Source: Antedon mediterranea (taxonomy: Eukaryota; Animalia; Echinodermata). Taken from it: a stretch of DNA of 64,000 nucleotides. Positions 1 to 12,289 of this stretch are shown piece by piece (positions within the stretch are counted from its first letter, which is position 1; every line of letters starts with the position of its first letter). A program made the translations under genes and the position numbers. The notes beneath the pieces were generated by a model. That model did no database searches and had not been told where the DNA came from. It saw only the letters and a list, made by a program, of their open reading frames with translations. Location of the stretch: contig NC_092676.1 of assembly GCF_964355755.1 (NCBI RefSeq), forward strand, positions 18,556,871 through 18,620,870, written 5' to 3'.

Positions 1-303
1 TAATTTCGATTTGATATATCTTATACGGCTATTTCATTCGACTTGAGATTCAATAACTGTTCTGTAATATATGTCAGCGATTCCTCCATATTTGTGAAAG
101 AAGTATATACTAACTAATGTAATGTGTGCAAATTGTAAAATTAATCATTAGTCTTAGTTAAGTCGAAGATGCTCTCCAGATGGAATGCCATCCTGAGATG
201 AGTAGTAGTAATTTTGTTTATTTTATTTATTTCATTTATATGTAATTTACTTTCTATGGACAGAGTTTCCGAAATAAAAGATTGAATGAATGAATGAATG
301 AAT
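1..303 (+). mobile_element. 3' end of a LINE (CR1/L2 group)
   Basis: AATAAA followed by a (TGAA)n tail at ~283-302. Confidence 0.5.
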
Positions 304-1442
304 TACCATGGATTTAACAATAACATTATGTTATAACCAATGTTGTTTAGCTATCCTTATAGAGACCGATTTATGATGTTCTAGAGTTAAACAGCGATGT
401 GTCTTATGTCGGAAATGCATCACAGCATTTGATCTAATAAAATGTAATGTGCCAGCAAAATGTGAATATCCATAGGTAATAATGACATTACTTTTAACCG
501 TTGGTTTCGATTACATCTTACGGCTATTTCATTTAAATGAACTAGGAATTAGTATATTCTAACTTTAGTTTGACTATTTTGTATAATTGGATCTTGGATT
601 TCCTAAAATTCGTCTTTTCTTTGCCACAAAGACGAACTTTACCACCTGGTCTAAAAGTGAATTGAATAACCAATCACTTCGGACAAGCCTCCATCGCGTC
701 GCGAAGCGCACCGCAAGTCTGTATTTAATTCGTCTTTTTAGTGCAGTTTTTTTTTCAAATTATATGTATGAAACAGTCACCATATGCTAAAATATGTATC
801 TTTAAGGGGTACCGTACTTTTTGGGGTTGAAGGAGGTTTGTTTGTATTGGGTTGCACTTTTATATGGATTCTTAGAACTTTTGCCATTGTTTCTATATAA
901 TTATTATTATTATTGGTTGTGATTATTGAGTTTAATACATTTTTTGATGCACCTTTTATAGATTATGACACAAAACACTAATTTTTATTTATTTTTACCA
1001 TGGCCATATTGCCCTATCTTTATTTCCTTGTACAGCAGAACCTACTATTAAGAACATATTGAGAATATTTACACGGCTGTACGTTCAATACCTATTATTC
1101 TTTTATGGTTATTTTTGTAAAAGGATTTCAAACAAAAACAGGATTTACTTGGAAAACAATTTAAAGTAAATTGCATGGTAATGTGTTTACGTATATATAA
1201 TGTTTTTGTATTTATTTTCAACCACTAGTTCTTCTCTGTTTCCTTGACTATATTTAGCGACATAACAATGGACTAATCACGTGTTATATTCGAATAACTC
1301 GAATCTGAGAGATGCCGATTTCAACCAACCCATAAAATAAGAAATGACGTCATTAAATTGTAACACATTCATTACATAGAAGATATGTATTCATATTCAT
1401 CGACGCCAATTATTATTTTTTTCAGTACCGTGCTATTTATTG

Positions 1443-1549
1443 AACAAGTCCATATACATGACTGCAGTCGCGTGCTCAAGTTAGTGTTTACCGACCAACA
1501 GACCGACCGACATAGTGAGCTGTAGTGTCTCGTTGCACGCGACTAAAAA
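1443..1549 (-). mobile_element. Helentron-associated (DINE-1/HINE-like) non-autonomous element
   Basis: Minus strand: TTTTT-AGTCGCGTGC subTIR, (GTCG)n microsatellite, GCACGCGACT subTIR, 3' hairpin AGTCATGTATATGGACT, then TGTT. Confidence 0.7.
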
Positions 1550-4500
1550 GCTATTTGGTTTTTATATACACGCTGACCCCCGTTGGCGTGCAGGTAGTCC
1601 CCAGTTTTGCCAATCGGCATAACATGTTATTAGTGCGAATAATATTTAGATCGTTATTTTTTACGCATGTCTATTCATCTACCTTTTGAGATTGTGAGTA
1701 AATTATGAATTTTAAAATTTTCGTTTTTATATTTCGTATACATGTTTGGATTTCTTTCAATTTAGGCCTATTCATAATATTACACTCCCCAAAATAGAAA
1801 GAGAGATCAGTGGTGGATACAGGATGAGATTAGGTACGCTAATGGAAATATATAAAAATTATACCAAAAATCACTGAAGAGAGGCATTAAATTCTATTCA
1901 CAATGTAAATCGGGAAATGCCATATATTTATTTAGAGTTTAGATGTTTCCTGTTGCACTTTCAACAGCTTGTCTTTGAATAATTATTATGTAAATTGCAC
2001 CGGATAATATGTATAGTTTATGCGTTAACAACACCCTTTTATAATAGGACTTCAACATACATTTGAACTCTTACTTCTTTCTATTCTATTTATTTTGAAA
2101 AAAAAAAACATCCATTTATAAAAACAAATGCATGTAATGTGTATATTAGTTCGGTCGTTACTCTTAATATAACTATTATTTACTCGCCCATTTTTCCTAG
2201 TAAAGGTCAATTAGGCGGTTTAGCTTAATATTCTAACAAAAATGTTATACTGTATATAAAAACATTCGATATACCTGAACCTGCCCCCTTTGTGGATCAG
2301 ATGGGAGGATGTATTTCTACCGCTTGTCGAATTCTAAGAATCGGATGTCTCACTGAAACAACCGGGTTAAGAAATGGGAAAAGGAAGACTAATTTGATCA
2401 TATCTCAGGCTCTGTCTACAATATCAAGCTTTAATCATCATGTCGAGCAAGTTTACTTGATTACTTACTTACTTGGATTTGAACCAGACACTTTGTTCAT
2501 TTAAGTTATACTGTCATGGTCTCTTGCAAACAACTTTAGATTGGCATCAGTCAAATGGTGATTATGTGAACTCTAATGCATTCTATATAAATGATCTTTC
2601 ATTACTGATGAACAATAACAATTCTAGTTAATCGACATACTACATTAGACATAGTAACCTAATGATAATTAAGCCTTTCATTTTCTCCCAGGCCTCGGTT
2701 TAATTAAAAATCTTAAAAAAAAAAAAATCTAATTAAAGACCACTTGTTTGCTTGTACACACTAGACGGAGATAGACCTTAGGTAAACTGACTCTAATTAG
2801 AGACATAAAATCATAAACACCATTATAACTCTTGTTCCAAGATTAATCTATATATTTATAATGTTTAGCAGAAATTTACATTTAATTATTTTGTATATCA
2901 GATAAGGTGTGTTTAATAATATTTCCTTAGTAAATTAATATTCTACAAAAAATATTCATGTTATATTTGAGCTCTTCTTTTCCTGCATAAAATTAGAAGC
3001 CATTTCATAGTGCATTGTTTTATCCTCCGACAAGAATTGAAAAGTTATGATTAATTTTACCATAGTATCTTGGACACCGTGATTGATTCAGATTCAGATT
3101 TTCCGATATATGCCAAAATTATTCTCGTTAACACTTTTTCAATTAAGTGATGTAGAATACAATTATCTTTCTTTCTTTTAATTCAATAAACAATGGCCTC
3201 CGGCCCATTTCACATAATAAAATCGATATTATTTTCGGAAATAAAGGTTTTTCTTTTTTCGTAAGCTGTTGCAAAGGACTTTCATTGAAGGGTTTCATTG
3301 TTTACAAACATAGTTTTAAACATGTAGGCCTATACATTTAAATCAGACATATATTTTTTCCTGTTTTTATAAAAAGTATAAAAAAGAAAATGTTTTTCAT
3401 CTTCTAAACTTAATTGATCACAAAACATACATATTCTAGACTCTCGGTTAAAATTTAAATGTCGCACCTTTTCAACAGGTTATGACAAGATCTAAAGCGT
3501 GATATTAATGTTCTATACCTAAAACTTAAATCATAAACATAAAGTTCGTAAAAATTGCCGAACTTAATATTTTTATAAAAATTGAGACGTGTATTATTAC
3601 TAATTTTTTTATTTGATTTCTGCAATGCAACATCCTTAGGCCTAATTCTTTGTGAAATATCTGTAATGGGTAAAATGTTTTCTATTCCACATTATAACCA
3701 CAACCGAATTTATTTAGAACATGTTTTATTTCTAAATAAGTATTTCGTTTCAGCATGCAAATACTAACCGGAGAAGACGGACACTCTCATATTCCATAAG
3801 ATAGATTTTAAGTAGCTCTTTTAAACTCTTATGTGGCAGGTCTTGCTTCTCACAACATACAGACATATAAACTGTTTTACAACTCACATAGTTACAAATA
3901 CTAAATGAGTATAATACTCTTTCATATACGTAAATATGTTCCATGACAATTGTTATTATTATTACATATTCATTCACCATTCCTAATATAGAATACCATT
4001 TTCCAATTTTACATGAAACAGAGAGTCATACAGCATAATATTTTTTTCTAACTCGTGTATTCTTTTAGTGCGTAATATCAAGACATTCACTTAATCATTT
4101 AGCGAATATAACTCTTTTTAATTGTGTCCAGAAAATTCACATTGTTGTTGTACAAAAATAACTATCCTTCATGATTTTGAACTGCTGATCACACATGCAT
4201 TAACTTGTCGGTTATAGGCTACTGTAATTGATTCCGATCATTCTAGTGCGTGTAAACTATAAATTATAAATTGTCAATTTATGGATTTGTTTCCACAGAG
4301 TAGACGAGACATATTTATTTAGAATTTATGCAAAATAAACGACGATCATGACGTAGGACGACAAAAATGGTTTATTTATTTAGAAGTAAAGTATCTTGTT
4401 GAACTTTTAACAGATTGTCCTCAAATACTTCGCACTAAAATGGAAATGGCACCAGATTTTTATTGCTTTTAAATGGGATGGTTTCAACAAAACAATACCA

Positions 4501-4770
4501 TTATTAATAAAGTCATTTCGAATACGTAAGACGTACAGCAATGCATTTCGGATGTGGGGGTGTGTATGTTGGATATAAACAGTTTATATAGCCTAGGTCA
4601 TTTCTTTATAACTAATGGTTTGAAAACTGATACATAGTGTGGAAACTGAAAGACATAGGTCTGCTCACACTAGCTTTCAAATATTATAATTAGTTGCTTG
4701 CCTTAAATAGTTATGGACATAAAGTTATACTGCAATAAATAATTAATCAATAACAAATGAGAGGAATGTA

Positions 4771-4794
4771 TTTATTCACATATACACTTTTATT
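4771..4794 (-). terminator. Candidate poly(A) signals of the GPCR
   Basis: Two AATAAA on the minus strand ~780 nt past the stop; weak evidence in AT-rich DNA. Confidence 0.25.
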
Positions 4795-5555
4795 TAAAAT
4801 ACATAAATAGGCATACTTTCTAGCAATTAATATAATATTAACAATACTGTATAGATATATGCTATACTAGAGAAGGTATGATGATCCTTTATAGAGAACC
4901 TTTCAAAATGTAAATAAAACGAATCTCATTCTTCTCGGCTGTACAATAATTAATCCCATTAGCAATTGTCGATGCATAACCTAAATTATCAACGAAGATT
5001 TCCTTTAATACTGACGCAATAATGCTATTGTAAACGGTTTAAAATCACATAATGTAATGAATAGGACACTGACTGCAGAAACAACGTATGTAGTCCGTAA
5101 ACGTATGTAGGCCTACTTATAAATACAATAAACAATCATCAATATAATTAATTTCAATTGGTCAGAGATGTTTGCACTCGTCTGGCGTATTTCACAATAG
5201 GCCTACTTGAGAAACATTCTTGTGAGTGGGATGGGACTCTATACCAATTGACTAACTTAGCTCCCTGCCGCAAAAAAAAACTTCGATGAAGTTATTCAAT
5301 TATCATCTTAAAGAATGTATCGATTATCTATTAAATAATGCGATTTGTTTGTTAAATAATGCATTTTAAATTAAAAATTATTTATAAATCCCAACTTTAT
5401 AGCGACATCCTTTAAAATTAGGTCCTATTTCAAGTCATGGGCATATAAACCCATTGTTTTAGAGCTATGATTTATCTACACTCAAACTGCTATACAACTT
5501 TTTTTGGTGCTCATAAGTCTTGCGATTACAAACAATTGAAATATTGAAGAAACCT

Positions 5556-6476
5556 TTACTTTTCTTCAGATAAGCTTCCAGTTTGCACGCTTGAGTGACA
5601 AAGTTTGTGAAAAGCTTGTGCAAAACGTTTATATCGACAAACATATATCAACGGATTAATTGCCATGCTGGATCCTGTACAAATTTCTGCAATCCATTCT
5701 AACCAAAATAATTCACTTCTTGGAATCTTTATGGAAAGTATTATACGTATAACGTTGGGTAAATAGTACATCATAAAAAATCCAACGACGATTAATGCCG
5801 TTTTGGCGCCTTTAAACGTCCTTTTGAATTGAGATTTTTCGACACTTGTTCTAAGTTTACGATGGTGTTTTCTTGCTTCTATGAAAATGCACGTGTACAT
5901 GAAAATCATCATTATAATGCCGAGAGATACCGCGACAATGATTGCGATTGTACCTATTGTTTTTGACGTTTGAAAGCAAAAAAATGTATTCAAATCTCGG
6001 CGTTTAATTTCAGGAAAGAGGTATAATACACCAAACACACATCCAAATATCCAAGAAAGGGCAATGTAAATACGTATTCTAGTCCGTGTTAATATTTTGT
6101 GATAATGCAAAGGCTTTGTAATAGCTATATAACGATCGGTAGTTATAATAAGAAGATGTGTGTACGACGTAGCAAAAAATATTTTACCTGGAATGTATTG
6201 CAATTCACAATCGTCAACTACCAAACGCATTGATTGCCGAGTTATATTGCCCCATATGCTCAAAGGAAGACCGATGAGTCCCGACAAAAGGTCTACAAAC
6301 GCTAAGCTGGCGAGTAACGTGAACTGTAGTTCATGAAGACTTGGTGTTCTCCGTATTACGACAAGTACGAATGTATTTCCAACGATGATTATAATATCCA
6401 TTGGTATATATACAGCTAGTACAAATATTAAAACTGTCTTGTTGTATCCAAACGAACTATTAGGATAGGATTCCAT
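5556..6476 (-). CDS. Intronless rhodopsin-like (class A) 7TM GPCR, orphan/chemosensory-like
   Basis: 306-aa ORF with 7 hydrophobic segments and class A motifs: TM1 GN, TM2 LAFVD, TM3 Cys and DRY (TDRYIAITKPLHY), TM4 W, ECL2 Cys, TM6 FMMYYLP, TM7 NPLIY, helix-8 RFAQAF. N-terminal NxS/T sites NSS and NKT. Confidence 0.95.
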   Translation of the reverse strand: MESYPNSSFGYNKTVLIFVLAVYIPMDIIIIVGNTFVLVVIRRTPSLHELQFTLLASLAFVDLLSGLIGLPLSIWGNITRQSMRLVVDDCELQYIPGKIFFATSYTHLLIITTDRYIAITKPLHYHKILTRTRIRIYIALSWIFGCVFGVLYLFPEIKRRDLNTFFCFQTSKTIGTIAIIVAVSLGIIMMIFMYTCIFIEARKHHRKLRTSVEKSQFKRTFKGAKTALIVVGFFMMYYLPNVIRIILSIKIPRSELFWLEWIAEICTGSSMAINPLIYVCRYKRFAQAFHKLCHSSVQTGSLSEEK

Positions 6477-6495
6477 GCCTGCTGGGGATATTACT

Positions 6496-6527
6496 CACTG
6501 GGGAAGAATGGATGAGATATTTATATA
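6496..6527 (-). promoter_or_regulatory. TATA + Inr-like core promoter (or 3' splice site) of the GPCR
   Basis: Minus strand TATATAAA (6527-6520) lies ~28 nt before CAGT (A at 6499). The same stretch reads TCCATTCTTCCCCAG, a plausible acceptor. Confidence 0.4.
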
Positions 6528-7510
6528 GGCCGTTGGTCTGGGCAGCAGTCTGGCAAATCCGTTTTAAGTATAAACTCAATAAACTGTGCAAATAGAATAT
6601 CGAATCATCTTTCTCTGTAGGCCTGCCTTCAGTTTTCCCTTCACCAACAATACCGTAAATGCCTTAGATAGAGCAATGTTTACCCGACAGTTTGTAATGT
6701 AAGGTGATACAATACTGGTACATTAACGCTCAAAAGTGAAACTTCTCAAAAGGCTATTTCGCAGCAATCAACACCATATAAGTAGTCTACAATTATTTAG
6801 AATGCACACTTTTACATAAGTTCCTTATGTAAGTATACTAGGATTATCTTATAGTTCACATGCTATGTCTGTGTCGTCGTCTTACACACCTACTCATTTA
6901 TGTATCATTCACTTCGTTCTCTTCACTCATGTCGTCTGCTAGCTTGCTTTCGATGACTGTGATTGGTTAATAACCGAAACCACAACGCTTAGAATACTTT
7001 TTAACTGTTTCCTGTTATGAGACCATATATTAATAATAACCAACATGCACTATTACACAATAAAAGACGTCGGATCACCGGTGTAAGGCATTGCTACAAA
7101 GGTGCGGCTGATTATTGTTTATTAAAAAAGACCAGATAAAAAATACTTCTGAAATGAATATTCGGGTATTTCCCGGAAATCCACCCATCACAAGTTCAAG
7201 TTCAACATTTCCACGGAGTCGCCCAGCTAAACACATGGTTCTTTTTTTTCATTTTTCATGTTTTTGAGGGACAATACATCTTTAGAATGACAGTCATCGA
7301 ATAATAACCAACGGGCGCGGAACTTCTTTGATATGGGCTCATGAGAAGAACGCCGTTCATTATGTCCAAGTTTCGAAGTAGGCCTAAATCGATTTCCAAT
7401 TATTGGTTATTAATCTGAAGCTTCTCAAACAATTTGGTGCAGTTCTAGGTAAACTTACCGTACACAACCGGAGACATGATAGCTTTATACAATTATGGGA
7501 GTTGTATCAC

Positions 7511-7770
7511 CCACTAACGTAACAAAACCACCAATCCAACATTAACCACTACCGTAACAAAATCAAGAACTAACGTAACATTAACCACTAACGTAACAAC
7601 ATCAACCACTAATGTAACATTAACCACTAACGTAACAAAATCAACCACTAATGTAACATCAACCACTAACGTAACAAAATCAACCACTAACGTAACATTA
7701 ACCACTAACGTAACAAAATCAACCACTAATGTAACATTAACCACTAACGTAACAAAATCAACCACTAATG
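7511..7770. repeat. Minisatellite of alternating 18/21-nt units (CCACTAACGTAACA core)
   Basis: About 13 visible units; produces the spurious VTLVVDF/VTLVVNV ORF on the minus strand. Confidence 0.95.
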
Positions 7771-7830
7771 TAGCGACGCAACGCAAGGACGTAACGCAAC
7801 GCATTACGTTCTAGTGGGAACCAAGCTTAA

Positions 7831-8009
7831 AGCTTGGTTCCCACTAGAACGTAACGCAAGGACGTAAACGCAACGCAAGCGCTTTAACCAATGACAAGCG
7901 AAGTTATATACAGTTATCAATCACAAGCGAATAAGCCATCGCTTGTGATTGGTCAATTCACTTGCGTTGCGTTACGCCCTTGTGTTGCGTCACTAGTGGG
8001 AACCACACT
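7831..8009. mobile_element. PIF/Harbinger-type MITE abutting a truncated copy of itself (7767-7827)
   Basis: TIRs AGCTTGGTTCCCACTAG / CTAGTGGGAACCACACT flanked by TAA/TTA; internal ACGCA repeats. Confidence 0.75.
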
Positions 8010-8949
8010 TTACGTAACCACGCACTTCAATAATATTACAGGTAACAAAAAGTAGCAACAGTATAAAATGTTAACAAAATCTATTTGTCATAAAAGTTGC
8101 ATGTTGCATGTGTATGCATATCCAACCATACTTAAATAATGTAACTATGGTCATAACCTTTTGTAATAAACTAAATACATTAAGTCCAGAGAAGTTAAAA
8201 AAAACCAGAAATATGGACGGACAGTGAAACAGATAAGCATAGGATGAAACTAGGTTCAATAAAGTTGAGGACATAAATCCAACTTTCATGTGGAAAAAGT
8301 AAAGACTACTCTATATGTCCTACAATATTGTTAAAGAATGAGAATGCTAATTCAACAAAGTCGAAAATGGATGGACAAACCGACAGACAGACAAAAGTCG
8401 ACAGGAAAAAATTGAAAATTCAGTAAGATTTAGTACCATTCGTCCAATAGAAAAAAAAAATAGACAAACACACACACACATGATTCAAGAAAGGAAAAGA
8501 TTCCAACGACTTTTTTTCCAAAAATATCTCAACATTTTCTACTTTTGTTACGTTAGTGGTTAAATTTGAACGGTAGTGGTGCAGATGGGTCGCGACAACG
8601 TAGTTACGAGAAATAAAGTGGTGCAGTTATTGTGAACTGTTTGAGAAATTATCTCACTATAAACATGTTTAGAGAAAAAAAAGGTATATAGCCCCCTCTA
8701 AATATTTTTGAAACATCTAATTTTGTATAGGGCTATATTAAATCAACAATTAGGATTAATATATTGATTATTCAAATATACAATATAGGCGGGTATATAT
8801 ATAAAATAGATTGTTCTTAAATATACATAGACCCAATACACTTTCTTATATTCTTGGCGTTAATTTATATTCTGATTTTTTTTTTACATGAACCCCCGAT
8901 AAATAATAGAATCATCTAACTTGAAATCTGTTCAATCAAAGTACAACAG

Positions 8950-9115
8950 TCTATGTTCGCGCGGCCACTTGTGTGTTGTTATCAAAACCAAAACAAACCA
9001 AGGATGGAAAACGTGTGTAAGAAGTGGATTTAAAATTGCTGTACGTCTTTCTTTTTTTTGTTGATATTTAAATAATTTTCTTACATGGGAGATATGTGCC
9101 TATAAAAACGTAAGT
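8950..9115 (+). promoter_or_regulatory. Candidate promoter / non-coding exon 1 of dystrophin
   Basis: CpG cluster (gttcgcgcggcc) and donor-like AC|GTAAGT at 9110, overlapping a TATA-like CCTATAAAAA. The exon at 12169 has an acceptor, so an upstream exon is needed. CpG density falls downstream. Confidence 0.4.
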
Positions 9116-9477
9116 ACACGATAATAAATATGAGACTGATTTGACAAAGTACGGTACTATTTGAATACAGTAATCCCCAGCTTAAAATATATTGTTTTGA
9201 TTATTGGTGGGTGTGTGAAGAGAAGTACGGGAACAAAATCTCAATCTACACATGCGTTACAACCAGCCAGTCAAACAATTGGGTACCATCATGTTAAACT
9301 TACAAATACAAATATCGCAAAAATGAGGTTGTATGCGTCGTACAATACTGCAAAGCATACTCTGTACAGTAGATCTGAACATTTATAGAAATATTTCAAT
9401 CAAATGTTTGCAGCCTGGGGTATACAATACATATTTAAAATAATAAAAATACATAATGCACTTTTGTATGAACAACA

Positions 9478-9736
9478 ATTGTATGACTCACTACGACCCC
9501 TGGGAGAGGTGCATCATGGATGTGTCATTTACAAATTACTGGCACAAGGGTGCATCAAAAAACCCAATGATGTCACATCAATGAACAATGTCCATCACTT
9601 TACCACCCACCATTTGAACAACATGGTCACAAGGGGTCAAAATGGGTGCGTCATGCTCACCTAAAGGTAAGTCAGTTTTGACACAGACGGACAAATAACG
9701 CACCTCTCCCGTGGGTCTTATGGTGGGTCATACAAT
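9478..9736. mobile_element. MITE with ~35-bp TIRs
   Basis: ATTGTATGACTCACTA..CCCTGGGAGAGGTGC ... GCACCTCTCCCGTGGG..TGGTGGGTCATACAAT. Confidence 0.75.
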
Positions 9737-10820
9737 AGACAAATGCATGTTGATTTCTTCCTCAAAAACCTTTCTTTTTCAGCTTAGACCTGGCTTCCAT
9801 ATTTTTGGTTGAGTGAGCATATTCTACAATACTATTATAAAATAGGATCTTGCACATTGCCCCTGCAGCCTGCATTAACTCATTTTAATTAGAATGATTT
9901 CAAATACAGGTGGTGAAAAAATGGCCTGTCTCAAAGGATTTTTTTTGTCTTCCTTGGATTCGATCCACTTTTATTTATTGCAATTCTATCTTATAAATAT
10001 GTACTAAATGATAATTGCGTATAAAGCACATTGTTTTTCTCATTTGAGAGACAATGTTAAAAGTACAAAATATACATAATGAGATGATTGATTTCAACGA
10101 TGAAACACATTTTTGCCTTCATTTACAATTTTAAAGAAAAGGTTCATCATCAACATATATAAATAAATAAAACAAGGCAATAAAAAGACGATAAACAGGT
10201 TAAAATCATACTTTTTTAAAAACTTGTTCAGGTAGAGAGGCTATGAACTAATTTTATATTTGCATGGCATTTTTAGTATTTCATTGTTTTATATATAAAA
10301 TAATTTACAAAGAATTAAATCCCTTAATTAAAATGTTAATAGGGATGTCGCAAATTGGGATTGCTACAGTATAGTAGTGTTAAACCATTATTTCTCTGTG
10401 TTCATTCAAAGAATGTGCCCCTTAATTAGTTTGGTGTTCTTTGAATAGTAATTTATTTTTAGTGCTATAGTAAGTGTAACAAAATTATAGATAAATTATA
10501 GATTAAAAGTATAAAATTATTTGGAGATAATTCCACAGCATCGCCTCAGCAAACAGCTTCAAGCCAGGATTAAATTGGTTTCTTTTTCTGTGCATTTTTC
10601 ACTATACTGTGAATCAACGGCAGGTGCACTTTGTAATTTACACCTTTCTTTATATTAGGAACCAGTACATTTATCCACAGGCCTGTTCTTATTTTTAGAT
10701 GAATTTAGCCTAAATCATCATCATCATACATTATTTTCTACAATTTGATGTACTTTTCAAATGGTATTGGTTGAAAGCTTGTTGTCCTTTGAGCTGAATG
10801 AACACCTTTAATGCCTTATT

Positions 10821-11158
10821 GGAGTGAGTAGTCTAGAGGTTACGATAGTGGAACTATAATCCATAGCCATAATATCGGCAAGGGTTAGAGTCTCACTCGC
10901 TCCATGGTTCTGTCGGTAGAACAAATCTGCTCTAGAATATAAAACAATTCTCGTTCGCACTTTAAAGAACATAGTTACATCTTGAGTTATCCTGTTGTAC
11001 TACTGTAGTGTACACACAGCCACTGTGTTGTGGACAGATGAGAGAAGACCTGAATAACCTGATGCATGTACAATAGTTGAAAGTGTGGAGGACCTGTGTA
11101 TGTCAGCTTACAGTATGCTGCTTCCAGTACTCGTTGAACATAGTTCAATAAAAATAAA
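10821..11158 (+). mobile_element. Degraded tRNA-derived Deu/Nin-domain SINE
   Basis: Aligns by eye to the copies at 36902 and 61689 (head, CTCACTCGCTCCATGGTTCTG, GCACTTTAAAGAAC, CACAGCCACTG). Confidence 0.75.
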
Positions 11159-12195
11159 GCATAATTTGAACTGATTGTAAATAGCAGTGTATGTTTTTGT
11201 TCATCTGTTATTACTACAGTACCGTAAAAATAACTAGCTTTAAATAAGCATTTATCTCGTAATACAAGGTTACAAGATTATTGTGAGATACGAGTCTTGC
11301 ACATACATAGATCAGTGAGTATCCGATTGCCGCAGTCAGCGTTAATTTTTGCATCCTAGCGGTCGAAAACTATTAACATGTATCTTATACACATCTCTTC
11401 CATTTCAAACCTTACCCCTCACCATGTCTTCCCACCTCCCACTCTCTAAAATCAAGAAAATTGTATTTCATTTACATTGCAACTTTCCACCCCCTCTTTG
11501 TTAGTTTAATAGGCCTATACTAACACTGAAAATTAACAAAACAACTCTTGCGATACTTTTTAATAACAAATTATAATGAAACATGGCATTTAAATCACTT
11601 TAATCATTGTAATTACTTATGTTGCCAAGTAATTGCAATTAAACATGTTTTATAAAACTGCCTGCTGTGTAAAAGGGCAATGAACTTCACATCATATAAA
11701 ATAGTAATGATTTAATGCTCTAATATTGTGAAGTAAAGCAGTATCTCTAGAGGCTATTATTTAAATATATTGCCCCACAGAACTTTAAAGTTTATGTCTA
11801 ACTCAAACCATTTTTAAGTTAAATAATGTTTATCCAAGCAGTAATCTAAAGTTGTTGATGATGTCATATCAGTACCATATTTGGGCATATCATTACCATA
11901 TTTGGGCACATCACACTTGTTTTGAATATAAATGCCAATGATTTTACTTATAAAAAGATAAAATAACAATGAATTTAACAACAAATCAATTGTCTGACAG
12001 ACAATTTGAAAATTTTGCTTTAAATTACATTTTTTTAGGTAAATATTTGTTTGAATCAAACTTTTGAATAACTATTATGTGACATTAAAATGGCTTTTAA
12101 AAAAACAAAAAAGTTGCAGGGAGGCAATATATCTTTAAATATGTTAATTCATAATTTTATTTACATAGGTTGCAAGCCTGATTTGATACTGCAAT

Positions 12196-12289
12196 ATGGC
12201 ATCTTCACATGCAGAGAATGGCCTTCGATCCCCTGAACAAGAGGCTCAAGAAGCCGAAAAGTTTCGAAGAGTAATTAAATCAAGATCAG
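12196..12289 (+). CDS. DMD: Dystrophin/utrophin-family gene, first coding exon (exon 12169-12289; MASSHAENGLRSPEQEAQEAEKFRRVIKSRS-D)
   Basis: Acceptor ttttatttacatag at 12168; in-frame TGA upstream of ATG 12196; phase-1 donor CAG|gtatat at 12290 joins in frame to 37946. The end VIKSRS-DE matches the utrophin N-terminus IIKSRSDE. Confidence 0.85.

Noticed and set aside
7514-7804. 96-aa Val/Thr-rich ORF
   Set aside because: Translation of an 18/21-nt minisatellite; likewise ORFs 14007-14273, 36650-36989 and 54250-54516 derive from repeats.
9404-9672. ORF and strong donor AAG|GTAAGT as dystrophin exon 1
   Set aside because: The donor lies inside a MITE (9478-9736) and the ORF has no recognisable homology. 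Exaptation cannot be excluded, but 9110 is preferred.
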